From NCBI RefSeq assembly GCF_009914755.1, contig NC_060929.1: 64,000 nt of DNA; one strand, given 5' to 3'. This stretch comes from the human T2T-CHM13v2.0 reference genome, Homo sapiens. Below, piece after piece: positions 1 through 28,897 of the stretch (its first letter is position 1; each line of letters starts with the position of its first letter). The notes below the pieces were generated by a model. The model saw only the letters and a program-made list of their open reading frames with translations, was not told where the DNA came from and did no database searches. A program made the translations under genes and the position numbers.

Positions 1-96
1 CCTTGGGGGAGATGTTGGATGCATAGCAAGTGCAGCTATGGCAAAGAGCCACTGACTACATTCTCACCAGTTTGGGGGCAAGGTGCTGGCATTTAC

Positions 97-144
97 CTGC
101 TTTGACTTTTCATTGTGTAGCATATGTCCAGCTTCTCCTTTCAT
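97..144 (-). CDS. FAXDC2: FAXDC2 first coding exon (MKGEAGHMLHNEKSKQ); the gene continues off the left edge
   Basis: Reverse strand reads ttccag|ATG AAA GGA GAA GCT GGA CAT ATG CTA CAC AAT GAA AAG TCA AAG CAG|gtaaat. 48 nt with canonical AG/GT; the peptide matches the FAXDC2 (C5orf4) N-terminus as I recall it. Confidence 0.88.
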
Positions 145-419
145 CTGGAATGAGAAAGCACAGGCGAGCCGGGGAGTTATTTTCATAAACATCTAAGGAA
201 GTAGGGAGTGGAGAAAGTCAAAGTGTATGGCTAGCAGTGATTTTTGAAAAAAAAAAAAATTGGCTTGTTGTTCTTCCTGAAACCAGACAAATTGATTTGA
301 AAACTTAATGGAGAGATAAATGTACAAGAATAGCTAGAAAAATGCCAGAAAAGAAAAAGAGTGGTGGAAGGGAGGGGGCTACTAGGTCTACCAACTACAA
401 AAAATGTATGATAATGCTT

Positions 420-11369
<10,950 letters not shown>

Positions 11370-12444
11370 TTACTGTTCTGCTTGATTGCATGTCCATGAG
11401 GCCGAGAATCTGCCTGTCTTGTTTACCACGAGATCCACAGAATCAAGCCCAAGCCTGGCATGTAGAAGATACTCAAGAAAGATTTGCCGAATAAATAAGA
11501 GATACACGAATCAAAAGCATTGCTTTTTGCCCTCAAAAAGTGTTCAACATTTGCTATGGAACATTTTAGCACCATTCCCTTGTGCTAATTACTTTCGTAA
11601 CTAAAGTTAGAAGCTGATGCTCAGTGCATCTGTGTTTTAGCAAATTGAATTGAATCTGTATATCCCACTCAAAGAAATTTAATTGGAATTGCACATGAAA
11701 CTGAAGCAACCCACAAATCAGCATCTTGTCTTGCTTGCCTTAAGCCCCAGAAGGTCCTGAAAGCCACTGTTCTATTGTTCATCTCCACCTACACACTTTA
11801 CTGTATGCCCTTTACTCAATAACCTTCGTGGAGTGTTTCCATAGGTACTATCAAGCCACTAACGATTTCACAACTGGAGCCACTGTTGGTAAATCCAAGT
11901 ATGTTGCATCAAAACAGTTTCAACCTACTTGTCTAGCTCATAGCCCACACATCTATCCAGAGACTTTAAAACTGTTGTATTTTGCCCCATACCTTCCTGG
12001 TGATGGCAGAGTAGAGATGAGAAGCAATTAGGCAGCAGTTGCTTCCCAACAGTCTCTTCCAGTTTGTTCTGCCTCTCATTTGAGTTCTGAATTAGGAGTT
12101 GCTCCTTTACAAATGGTTTTAAAGTCAAACAATTACTTGTCCATTACAATCACCTGTCAATTGCTAGAAAAATTAGACTACTGAGGAGGTAGATGGTACA
12201 AACACAGGCAGAGGATACAGACATTAGTAAGAGACAAGGAGGCGACTGCACTACAGCAATGTCCTAGGACAAATTCTAACCCTGCCATCTAACCCTGTTT
12301 AGAGGCAAATCTAACCCTGCCATAAGTAGAGAGGACAGGGTGGTGGCAGAGGTGGGAAGAGTGTTGTTTTGCCCTTACTTTAAGTGAACCTGGACATGTC
12401 CTGACCTTTGCAAACACCACCCCTCCCCCGTAGTTCCCACTTAC

Positions 12445-12610
12445 CTCTGCAGTGGGCTGTGTCCAAGCTGCTGAGGTCCTTGCACAGGTCAAATCTAAGT
12501 TCTCTTCCCTTTCAGCCCCCGCTTTGGTGGCTGTTGCTGCTGCGGCTCTGCTGCAGGCTAACCTTGTTTTTGCTCGGGTGGGAGGCTGGCCATGGTGATC
12601 TCATTACAGA
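12445..12610 (-). other. FAXDC2: FAXDC2 5' non-coding first exon (5' boundary approximate)
   Basis: Consensus donor GCAGAG|gtaagt on the - strand (GT at 12444-12443) in a unique GC-richer island, with an E-box CACGTG at 12634-12639 just upstream. Splicing to 144 gives GAG|ATG. Confidence 0.7.
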
Positions 12611-12800
12611 GCTGCGTACTGGCTCGGACCAGGCACGTGATGAAAAAAGTTTGGGTCTGTGTGGGCTGGAAACAAAACACCCTTCTTTCCAGAGGGCATG
12701 TCCTTAAAGCGGAAAGGGAATCTAAGCTCAAGCAGGAACTTGAAAAACGTGCATTTGGCCAAACTCTGGGCTTCCCTCCCCCTGCCCCCTTTTTTTCTTT
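12611..12800 (-). promoter_or_regulatory. Putative FAXDC2 proximal promoter
   Basis: Unique sequence directly upstream of the exon, with palindromic E-box CACGTG (12634-12639) and a C-rich box cctccccctgccccc near 12774-12789. Confidence 0.45.
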
Positions 12801-13419
12801 TAAAAAATTTTCTCCATCATCTGCAACTTAAGAAAATGTCGCTGTCCCATAGGAGGAGGCAGATTCAAGAAAAGATGTGGGTGTCAGATAATGGCAGGTA
12901 GTACAAGTTGATAAAAAGGTGACAGAGACCAGAGGATCTCATTTTCTTTTTTTTCATTGCTTCTTTTCCTGTGGAGGGCAGGCAAGGGAGGAGAGATGCA
13001 TCAGCTATTTCTAGTGAGTCTAGATGCAGGAAAGGCATGCCTGTGGAGGGTAAATTTGCACTGTGATTGAAATAGGGGAACTTAGGATACAGGACCCATG
13101 ACATGAAGTGAGGAGCACTTTGGAAAAAGAGCTGCTTTTAAATTTCTGAAAACTTTTTAAATAAGCAAATGTGCAAATGATATAAAATACAATAGGGTCA
13201 AAAGAATGTACAATGAAAAGTCTTTTTTTAATTTCTCCTCAGTCCCCTTTTTTTCCTCCCAAGAGACAACCTCTGTGACCAGATTTTTGTATATCCTTCC
13301 AGAGCTTACCTCTGTAAATAGAAACATGTGTAGGCCTTGTGCTTCTCCTTTAGCAACAGCACCATAGTATGTTTGTTGTGCACCTTGCTTTTTCCACTTA
13401 ACAATCAAACATGGAGATT

Positions 13420-18922
<5,503 letters not shown>

Positions 18923-19329
18923 CCAAATCGACTGTTTTAGGGAGAGCAAACTGAGACATGCCATTTATTGAACGCTCTTTTATATCTTCCTCGGTGCGGG
19001 GTGTTTTTCCAATTATTAACTATTTAATCTTCACAAGCTCACGACAGCCATTCGTAACCTAATTTTGCAGATAAGGAGCTAGACACTCATTTGGGGGGGA
19101 GAAGAGGAGGACTGGAGTTCAGAAAGTGCATTTGATGCTCTTATCCTGGAGGCTGGAGCTAGTTCACCTCCCTGGAGAACAGCTTTTGGGAATCCCGTTT
19201 GAAATTGCCGCTCAAGGCCAGCTCGGCATCCAGCCTAGGAATTGGAGGATTTTGGAGAATCCCCTTAGGGGGAAATGTTTAAAAGTGCAAAGTGAATAGT
19301 AGAAGCCCCTCTCCTCGTCACTAGGGGTA

Positions 19330-20830
19330 CATTTGCCGTTTTCTTATCAACAGCCTCTCAAGTACAAGCATCTGGGACAAGAACTAGAACCGTGCTTGGG
19401 GCAGCCCCCACGTCCTCTCGGGAACAGGGGTGGAGCGCTGGCGGGAGTGGCTGAGGGCGGCCCGCCGCCGACACTGTGTGCAGGAAGCGGGCGCTTTGTC
19501 TGCTCTCCCACCGCGGAGAACACGAGGCGGAGGCGCGCCCCAGCTGGCCACACGCTGCCCAGGGCCGGCGTCGGTCAAGAGCCCTCTCTTCAAGCAGGAT
19601 TAAGAGGGAACCAAGGGGCTGGCAGAGGGGCCTCAGAAGCTCCTGGGCGAGGCCTGAGCCCGTGGGTCTCGACACTAAAATCTGGCGAGCTCCCTGCGCG
19701 TCCGCAAAGATTTTGGAGCTCTGAAGAGCCCGGCGACGCCTGCGCTGGCCAGGCGCCGTGCCCACGGGAGGCGCCGTCCTCTTTGTAACTCGAGCAGACC
19801 CTGGCGGGCCAGTTGCTATGGCAATGTTCCTCGCTCTGCTCGGTGAGGCCGGGAGGTAGGCGGGCCTTGGCGGACGTCACCCACATTCGGCTTTGGGGAG
19901 CCGCCCCACCCCCAACTAATTGTTTGCCAGAAAGGAACCGTAGGATAGATGCTTTGTGAGACATCTACGGGGCCATGTTAGAACAGAAAGTCGCGACAGC
20001 CTCTTTCTCCGTCAGCCTCTTCACAAATCCCTTCGTGCCAACGATTTTAACGGTCCTTCAAAGCCAGGAGGAGGGGGCGTGGTAATTCGAGGGGTTTGTT
20101 CGAAGGGCCACGCCCTTTCCTCGGCCTTTGGATTTTTCCAGGCCGCGCCCACGGCGGGGGGGTGGGGGGGGGCGCTAGTTCTAGACCACGCCCCTTCCTT
20201 GTTCGCTCGGAAAGAGGACCAAAATGGAGGAGTAAGAATCATGATTAAATTGAGCGAGCGCAACTAATCACGCGAAGAGGGCCGCAGGCGGGCCGTCTTC
20301 CGCAAGCGTGCTTCCAGGCCTCCACTCCCCACCTATTCGGCGGCACCCTGTTACTTCTGCTCCTGCGCGCTGCTTCCCGCGACCTCACAGGCAGAGCGAA
20401 CACGCACGGAGTCGCAGGGGCGCGCAAAGGGGGAGGAGCGGGCGTGACCAGGCGCGCGCGCGCGTCTGGAGTGACTCTAGAGAGCAGGCGAGTCGGGCGG
20501 ATCGGGTGGGTAGAGTGGTGCCGTCCGGTTGTTTGGTGGGAGGCACGTAAGACCGCTCTGGGCACGGGGGCGCTCACCTCACTGGCTCGTTCGGTTCTAG
20601 GAGCAGATCCGGGGTAGAGGGAAAAGAGCTCCGGGCCAGGGGCTGCCGTCGCCGCCGTCGGGGAGTCAGCCCGCCAGCCCGCCAGCTCGTCAGCCCGCCA
20701 GCCAGCGCTTCGCGGGCCCTGTCGGTCCCGGTAAGCGGGCCTGCGCTTACCGGAAAGAGGAGCGTAAGATGAAAGAGTGTGAGAGACCATTGGGGGTCTG
20801 TAGGGGGAAGGGGAGTGGGGGCGTGTGTAA
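19330..20830. promoter_or_regulatory. CpG-island promoter of CNOT8, probably bidirectional
   Basis: Dense CpG and high GC; Sp/KLF boxes (ggggcgtgg ~20073, ccacgccc ~20109 and ~20186), CRE-like gacgtca ~19873, YY1-like aaaatgg 20221, (GC)n run 20452-20464; splice donors on both strands. Confidence 0.88.
20590..20778 (+). other. CNOT8: CNOT8 non-coding exon 1 (start approximate; alternative donors at 20547, 20731 and 20779)
   Basis: Within the CpG island; donors CAC|gtaaga (20547), CCG|gtaagc (20731) and AGT|gtgaga (20779), followed by intronic G-runs. Confidence 0.65.
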
Positions 20831-20909
20831 GGGGCAGGGTGTGTGAGGAGGAGAGGAACCCCAGCAAAGAGTAGTAATAATAATGGCCACCGTCACACGA
20901 TAATATTCG

Positions 20910-21110
20910 AGTAATATGTGCGGGGACTTTACAAAGCATCTCATATGCTTCATTTTAACTTCTACTCCAATCCTCCGAGGTGCGTACTGTTATCAAACCC
21001 ATTTTACAAGATAGGAAAACCGAGGCACGAAATAGATTAAGTGGCTTATGCAAGGACACACGACTACTACGTGGCCTGGCCTGGCTTCGAACTTAGTTAT
21101 CTTAGTCCTA
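20910..21110 (-). mobile_element. MIR at the edge of the CpG island
   Basis: cccattttacaagataggaaaaccgaggcacgaaatagattaagtggcttatgcaagg matches the MIR core. Confidence 0.75.
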
Positions 21111-22253
21111 AGGCCCGTAATTTTAACTTTGCTTTACCAAACAAAAACAGAAGAAGAATGGCGTGTCAGAAGGAGGAGGACTGAGTGTGATTTGAAGTGG
21201 AAGGATGATGATAAACGAGAAGAGAATGATGATGGGAGACGGAGTAGTGGGGAGGAGGACCTGAATTTGGAATCTTGCGGGCCTCCCCCTTCTAAATCGC
21301 CGCCTCTTCCTTAGTTCTTGCGGCCCCATAACTTTTTCTTGGTGTTCTATGGCTTTATGAATGGAGGAGCCAACTCACAGACCTGGGCCATTCGGGTGGT
21401 TTTAAGAAGTTTGAACTGCGGTTCAATCCAGGGCAGTGCCTTGAGACACTGTTTGGAGGTAAGGGAGGGTCAGAGGATCCTCTTAAACGCTGCTGCTATT
21501 TATTTCTTCAAACGTGCCACTTCCTTTTCTATCATATCTATGCACGGCAAAGCCTTTGTTCAGTCCTCTAGAATAAGGAAGTGATGTTTATTGTTTCCTT
21601 GTACACTTGGGCTTAAACGAACAAAATCAGACTCAACGTTTCTTTTCCCGAGCAAGGCCTTGATTGCTTGCAGAGAAAACTTTCCTGTGGCTTTATCATT
21701 AGTTGCCCTTCAGAGCTTTCCTGTGTAAATAAGAAGCTATGTTTTGGAGAAGTTTACACCGTAGATGAACGGGAGCGATCTGAACATACTGCACTGCAGG
21801 TCAACACAGAGCAGGGACTTCAGTAATTCATAGGTGTGAGTGTGTTTGTGAAAACCTTTCCTTCTTGCACAGTTTTCTGTGTAGCTCATGTGGGAGTCAA
21901 GTTTTTAAGTCAGCCCGTGAGGCAAACATTGTATGTAATAAAAATTAACCCTTAAAAATTCCTAGGAAGGTGCAACGCTTGAGATTAGCATCCTGTTTCT
22001 GACTACATCCTGGACGGTTTTTCCTTCAGTTTTGAAACTTGTTACTGTTGCTTTGGTTGTAACCCAGATAAGTAATTAGATTACCTTTAGGGGCTGTGTT
22101 GTGCAAATAAGCATATTTGAAAGCCATAGAGTTGTGATGCGCTGTGAGATGCTTGCCCTGAGGAGGCTTAAAAGGAGGAAGACAAACCCCTATCTTAGGC
22201 TCATTTTGGAGCATGTGCTTACAAAGTGGAAAGTGGCAGGCAGAATTGCTGGT

Positions 22254-22276
22254 ATGATGATGATGATGATGATGAT
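22254..22276. repeat. (ATG)n trinucleotide repeat derived from an Alu tail
   Basis: atgatgatgatgatgatgatgat adjoining the poly-T of an antisense Alu. Confidence 0.85.
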
Positions 22277-23430
22277 TTTTTTGAGACGTGCTCTTGCTCA
22301 GTCGCTGAGGCTGGAATGCAGTGGCGTAATCACAGCTCACTGCTGCAGCCTTGACTTCCTGGGGCTCAAGTGATCCTCCCAGCTCAGTCTCCTGAGTAGC
22401 TGGGACTGCAGGCACACACTACCATGCCTGGCTAAGTTTTTGTACTTTTTGTAGAGACGGGGTCTCACTTTGTTGCCCAGGCTGGTCTCGAACTCCTGGC
22501 TCAAGTGATTCTGCAGTCTCAGCCTCTCAAAAGTGCTGGGATTACAGGTGTGAGCCACTGCCCTTATCCTGCTGGTATTTAAGTTGCTATTTTATTTTAT
22601 TTTTTGGCCAGCATATGCAGTAATTTGACTTGCTAAATTAAATGTGCATAGTGCGATTCCTCTTTAATTTTTGAGTGGCACTACATTCAGGGGCTTGCAA
22701 GCTATTGTTTACTTCCCCACAGATCCTAGCTAACTTTGGAGCAAAAATGGCTTACATATTTTTGCCAACTGTCTGGCTTCGGCAGTCCCCATATATATGC
22801 CAGATATGTATAACAGTGGTTAGCTTTTTAAAAACCAATTCTCTTTTAAATGGAAGTTAAAGGCGTCTTTTGGTTGTGTGGGGTTTTTTGTTGTTGTTGC
22901 TTTTGCTTTTACGGAAACATCTCTCAAAAACTCAGGAGTGATACACCCACTTCCTCCAAAGTAGTTATGGTTATGTTTGAAATGACACCAAAAATGAAGG
23001 GTATTATTTCAGTTAGGGAAATAAGGAAGTACCACCGATTTAACATTATATGGGTATAGAAAATGGTTTTAAGGCCTTTTGCAGGGGAGAAATCTTAAGC
23101 AAGTTTAGGAATCTAAAATTCTGAGTCGAAACATTTTCTGAATTATGGTCAGATAGTGTAATTTACTCCACATTCATTCTGAACTTCTCTCTTTTCCTGA
23201 TCTTTATTGTTCTTTTGCAAGCCTGTAATAGAACAAAAACAAGAGAAGAAATTTATTCTGGCTTTAAGAAGTTTCTACTATGTTTTTTGGGGGAGATGCC
23301 ACATAGTCTACTTAAGTTTAATTACTGTAATTACAGAGAAAAATCTGTGGAAGTATAGGATACCTTGAATAAATGGAATCTTCAAGGTTTGCTGGCAAAC
23401 CAACAGTTTGATTTCTCAGAAGTTTCTTAG

Positions 23431-23865
<435 letters not shown>

Positions 23866-24215
23866 TAGCCAGGATGGTCTCTATCTCCTGACCTTGTGAT
23901 CCGCCCGCCTCGGCCTTCCAAAGTGCTGAGATTATAGGCGTGAGCCACCATGCCCGGCTTTTTTGTATTTTTATAACCAGGCCTTGTACGTTGTTTGCCA
24001 TAATAATAACAGCATTCGTCAGAGACCCAATCATGTTGAATTTTTTTCTCACAGAATACTTTCCCCTCCCTGATTTTTCTCCTGGAAAATACACCATGAA
24101 TCATTCTGTTTCTGGTTGAATGATTTACACCAGCCATCTTTAGTCCTACTGTTGAATTGCTGCATAGTTTCTTTTTAATTTATGTGTTTAAAAGTAAATA
24201 CTGGCCGGTGGATCA

Positions 24216-24488
<273 letters not shown>

Positions 24489-24975
24489 TCAGATTAGCAA
24501 GTGGGATTGTTTTTTAGCACTTAAATCCCTCACTTCATGCTCTGTTTGCACAAATCTAAAGAGGCACTGGTATGTCTAAAGAGGCACTGGTATTGTTTAT
24601 TACCTCTAGTTGTATTTGACTTTGGGATTGTAGAGAAAAATAATTTCCTTTTGTGGGATGGGGGAAGAATCCCATGCCAGTATTCATCATATGGGTACAA
24701 AGGCTTGAGTGTGAGAGTTTAGGTCCACATTCTTTCAGGTTTTCAGAGATCTCAGGTACATTGAAAATGGCTAAGATGATTCCTGTAGGACTGTTTCCAT
24801 GATTTGGTCTCTGTGCAAAGTGATGTGAAAGTCATGGATAAGGGCATATTTGTGGTAACGGAATTATTTTGGTCTAGTCTACAGAGAGCTGAAAAACTAG
24901 GGTAGTGGTTTCACTTCTGTGGCAGAGGACTGCTGGGCAGAAGTTTCAATAACTTCAGTTTCTTCAAGAAAGAAC

Positions 24976-25012
24976 TGTGTGTGTGTGCGTGTGTGCATGT
25001 GTGTGTGTGTGT
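24976..25012. repeat. Imperfect (TG)n microsatellite about 160 bp upstream of the CNOT8 start-codon exon
   Basis: tgtgtgtgtgtgcgtgtgtgcatgtgtgtgtgtgtg. Confidence 0.88.
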
Positions 25013-25240
25013 TGACAAAGTTTCTCCATCATATAAAATGGAGAATAAATATAATCTTAATGTTTTAAACTAATGAAGTGATTGTAAAATATTATTTTGA
25101 TGTCTTTGTTGTGTTGACATCTTATGTGTGTGTAAACTTACATGATTTTAAAATGTTTTACAATCTAGATCAGACCAAACATTGTCTGGCTTGCACTGTA
25201 AAACTAGTTAGCTGAAGACGACTTCTCAGGTTTCTTCAGG

Positions 25241-25357
25241 ATGCCTGCAGCACTTGTGGAGAATAGCCAGGTTATCTGTGAAGTGTGGGCCAGTAATCTA
25301 GAAGAAGAGATGAGGAAGATCCGAGAAATCGTGCTCAGTTACAGTTATATTGCCATG
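25241..25357 (+). CDS. CNOT8: CNOT8 coding exon 1 (aa 1-39; the exon starts at 25169 with 5'UTR)
   Basis: MPAALVENSQVICEVWASNLEEEMRKIREIVLSYSYIAM|gtaagg; acceptor ctag at 25165-25168. Confidence 0.96.
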
Positions 25358-26892
25358 GTAAGGAGCTCTACTCTGACTCACCTTCTTTGTCACTTTTAAA
25401 GTTGGGGTCTTGCTCTGTTGCCCAGGCTGGAGTGCGGTGGCTATTCACAGATGCAATCATAGCTCACTGCAGCCTTGAACTCCTGGGCTCAAGCAGTCCT
25501 CCCACCTCACCTTTCCAGGTTGCTGGGACTGCAGGCTCATACCACTATGCCCAGCTTGACTCACCTTCTTATATGGATGGGTTTAGGGAATGTTTAATTT
25601 GAGATTTTGAAAAGAATGGGTATGTTCCACTAAAGCCATTGTAAATTAAACCGGATGGAAGGTTGTGTTGCTTCATGAAATATCAAGGTAGCCAGTGTCT
25701 CTGAGAAGGATGTAACCTCTAGTATCTTAGATTTTTTATAACATTATTCTGTTTGAAAGTCTTTAAAGCAGAAGTTACGTCATCCCCTAGGGCCCAGCTG
25801 TTCCACAGATATGTTGGATTTGACTATACGATGTTAAGAATTTTAAAAATTTATTGCCAGCATTTAAAAGTCAATAGAACTCACTTGAATTCCAGATTTC
25901 TGGCATCTCTGAAAAAAAAAAATAGGAAGATCTGGCAATATCTGTTATCCACTCCTGCCTGACACTGGCTGGAGAGAGAGATGAGTATTGTGGTAATATT
26001 AAGGGCCTCCTGTAGACGGGCATGTGCTCTCTGTTTTACTCCAGTCCCGATTACTTGTACTATTTTCATACCTAGCTGACTTTACTCCTTTACATTAGCT
26101 GCTTGGAGTTTGTGACTCCTGCTTTAGAAATTATAGAGTTGGCCGGGCGCGGTGGCTCACGCCTGTAATCCCAGCACTTTGGGAGGCCGAGACGGGCGGA
26201 TCACGAGGTCAGGAGATTGAGACCATCCTGGCTAACACGGTGAAACCCTGCCTCTACTAAAAATACAAAAAATTAGCCGGGCATGGTGGTGGGCGCCTGT
26301 AGTCCCAGCTACTCGGGAGGCTGAGGCAGAGAATGCGTGAACCCGGGAGGCAGAGCTTGCAGTGAGCCGAGATCGTGCCACTGCACTCCAGCTTGGGGGA
26401 CAGAGCGAGACTCCGTCCCAAAAAAAAAAAAGAAATTACAGAGTTAAGTCTTTAGCTTGGTATTCAGAGCTCCTTCCAGTCTTTTCACTCAAGCTAAGCC
26501 TGTCTCTTTATATTTTTTTCTGAATGGCTGTTTCACTTCCCTGTATTTGTATTTTTATTCATATATTGTTCTCTACCTAGAATGTTCTTAATTGACTGCA
26601 TATCTACCTGTAGTTACTCAACTCTTTCTATTGACATTCTGCTTATTTAGGATCAAGTTGTTGTGCAAAGCTTCATGATTTTAGTGCTTCTTCAGTAGAT
26701 ACCAACAAGATCAGTATTTTAAGATAGGATTTTGGCTGGGTGTGTTGGCTGATGCCTGTAATCTGTGCACTTTGGGAGGCCGAGGCAGGTGGATCACTTG
26801 AGACCAGCCTGGGCAACATGGTGAAACCCCATCTCTACAAAAAAATACAATAATTAACTGGGTGTGGTGGTGTGCACCTGTAGTTCCAGCTA

Positions 26893-27000
<108 letters not shown>

Positions 27001-27153
27001 CTATCTCAAAAAAACACAAAAAGAATTTTGTGCCCAAGTTTGGGGCTTGCCACATAACTTTTATAAATGGAGGTAAAATTTTATTTATGAATTACCAATT
27101 CAGCATCCACTGTTTTGTGAAACCTTGTGATGAGAGACTTTTTCCTTTTCCAG

Positions 27154-27347
27154 GACACAGAATTTCCAGGTGTTGTGGTGCGACCAATTGGTGAATTTCG
27201 TAGTTCCATAGATTACCAATATCAGCTTCTGCGGTGCAATGTTGACCTTTTAAAAATTATCCAGCTGGGCCTTACATTCACAAATGAGAAGGGAGAGTAT
27301 CCTTCTGGAATCAATACTTGGCAGTTCAATTTCAAATTTAACCTTAC
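27154..27347 (+). CDS. CNOT8: CNOT8 coding exon 2 (DTEFPG motif, catalytic D40/E42)
   Basis: ttccag|GAC ACA GAA TTT CCA GGT ... FNFKFNL AC|gtaagt; 194 nt; CAF1/POP2 family motif. Confidence 0.97.
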
Positions 27348-27469
27348 GTAAGTGATTTCTAAATAAATGCGTTAATTTTAAGTTTTGTTTTCACTGAATC
27401 CAGGTGGGTGTTGGATAGAGCGGTCAAGCAGAGGACGGAACAGGGAATCTCAGCAAGTGAAGTCCTGCT

Positions 27470-28005
27470 TAAAGAACTGCAGCAGCTCAACAATGAAAAG
27501 ATAAACAACCCAACTAAAAATGTGCAAAAGATAGACTTTTCTTGAAAGATAATGTACAGATGGCCAGTAAGCACATGAAAAGATGCTCAACATCATTAGT
27601 CATGAGGGAAATGCAAATTAAACCCACATTGGGATACCACTTCACACCCACTAGAATGGCTATAGTCAAAAAGACATAATAAGTGTTGTTGAGGGTGTGG
27701 AGAAAATTGGAACCCTCATACATTGCTGCTGGGAATATAGAATTTTGGGGGAAATTCTGGAAAATAGTTTTGCAGTTCCTGAAAAGGTTAAACATAGAGT
27801 TGCCATATGACCTAGCAATTCCACTCCTAGGCAGTGGAAAATTCCATGGTATGTATATACCGCATTTTGTTTATTCATCTGTTGATAGACACGTGGGTTT
27901 TTTCTACCTCTTGACTGTTGTGAATATTGCTGCTATGAACATGGGTGTGCAAATATTTCTTCAAGGTCTTGCCTTCAGTTCTTTTGGATGTATGCCCAGG
28001 AATTT
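27470..28005. mobile_element. Old L1 (L1M-type) ORF2 3' fragment: sense 27470-27831, inverted 27840-28003
   Basis: L1 hallmarks aagcacatgaaaagatgctcaacatcattagtc and ccatatgacctagcaattccactcctagg; the next L1 segment follows on the opposite strand. Confidence 0.85.
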
Positions 28006-28768
28006 TCAAAGAAAATTTCGGGGAGACTGTCATTTTGCTGATTGCATAAAATGATGTTAGTGTACTTCCTATTGTATCCTGCTTTGTTTAACTGGGCATC
28101 GGGAGTGTTTCATGATTTAGGAGTAATCTTTTTTTCCTGTCAATACAGGGTCTCGCTTTGTCACCCAGGCTAGAGTGCAGTGGTGCTAACATGGCTTACT
28201 GCAGCCTCAATCTCCCAGGCTTATCTGATCCTCCCACGTCAGCCCCCTAAGTAGCTGGGACTACAGGTGCACGCCACCATGCCCAGCTGATTTTTTGTAG
28301 AAAGTGATCAGCCCGCTTTGGCCTCCCAGAGTGTTGGGATTACAGGTGGAGCCATTGTTCCTGGAAGGAGTAATTTTTTTTATTGTTGTTCGTATGTTTT
28401 GGAAATTTCCTTGAGGTTCAAGTAATTTTGGGAGATCATCTGGATCTTTCCTTTAACTGCATTTTTTAGTTTATTGTCAAAGCCTGTAGTTTGTACCATA
28501 AAAATAATATAATACAAGGAAGAAAAATGAGTTATTTCACTGAGTGGTTTGGGTATGTTTGGGTTTAAAATAATGTTTACTTGCAGCCGGGCGTGGTGGC
28601 TCACGCCTGTAACTCCAGCACTCTGGGAGGCCGAGGTGGGTGGATCACTGGATCACTTGAGGCCAGGAGTTCAAGACCAGCCTGGCCAATGTGGTGAAAC
28701 CCCATCTCTACTAAAAATAAAAAAATTAGCTGGGTATGCTGGCAGGTGCCTGTAATCCCAGCTACTCA

Positions 28769-28897
<129 letters not shown>

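Noticed and set aside
19333-20939. Overlapping Arg/Pro/Ala/Gly-rich ORFs on both strands
   Set aside because: Expected stop-codon scarcity in a CpG island; no recognisable domain, and most start at non-ATG codons.
22026-22415. ORF with a poly-His tract (poly-Met on the other strand)
   Set aside because: Translation of the (ATG)n microsatellite in an Alu tail.
27832-28003. L1 twin-priming 5' inversion
   Set aside because: The segment order (upstream piece sense, downstream piece inverted in place, no poly(A) or TSD) does not match twin priming; reported as a post-insertion inversion instead.
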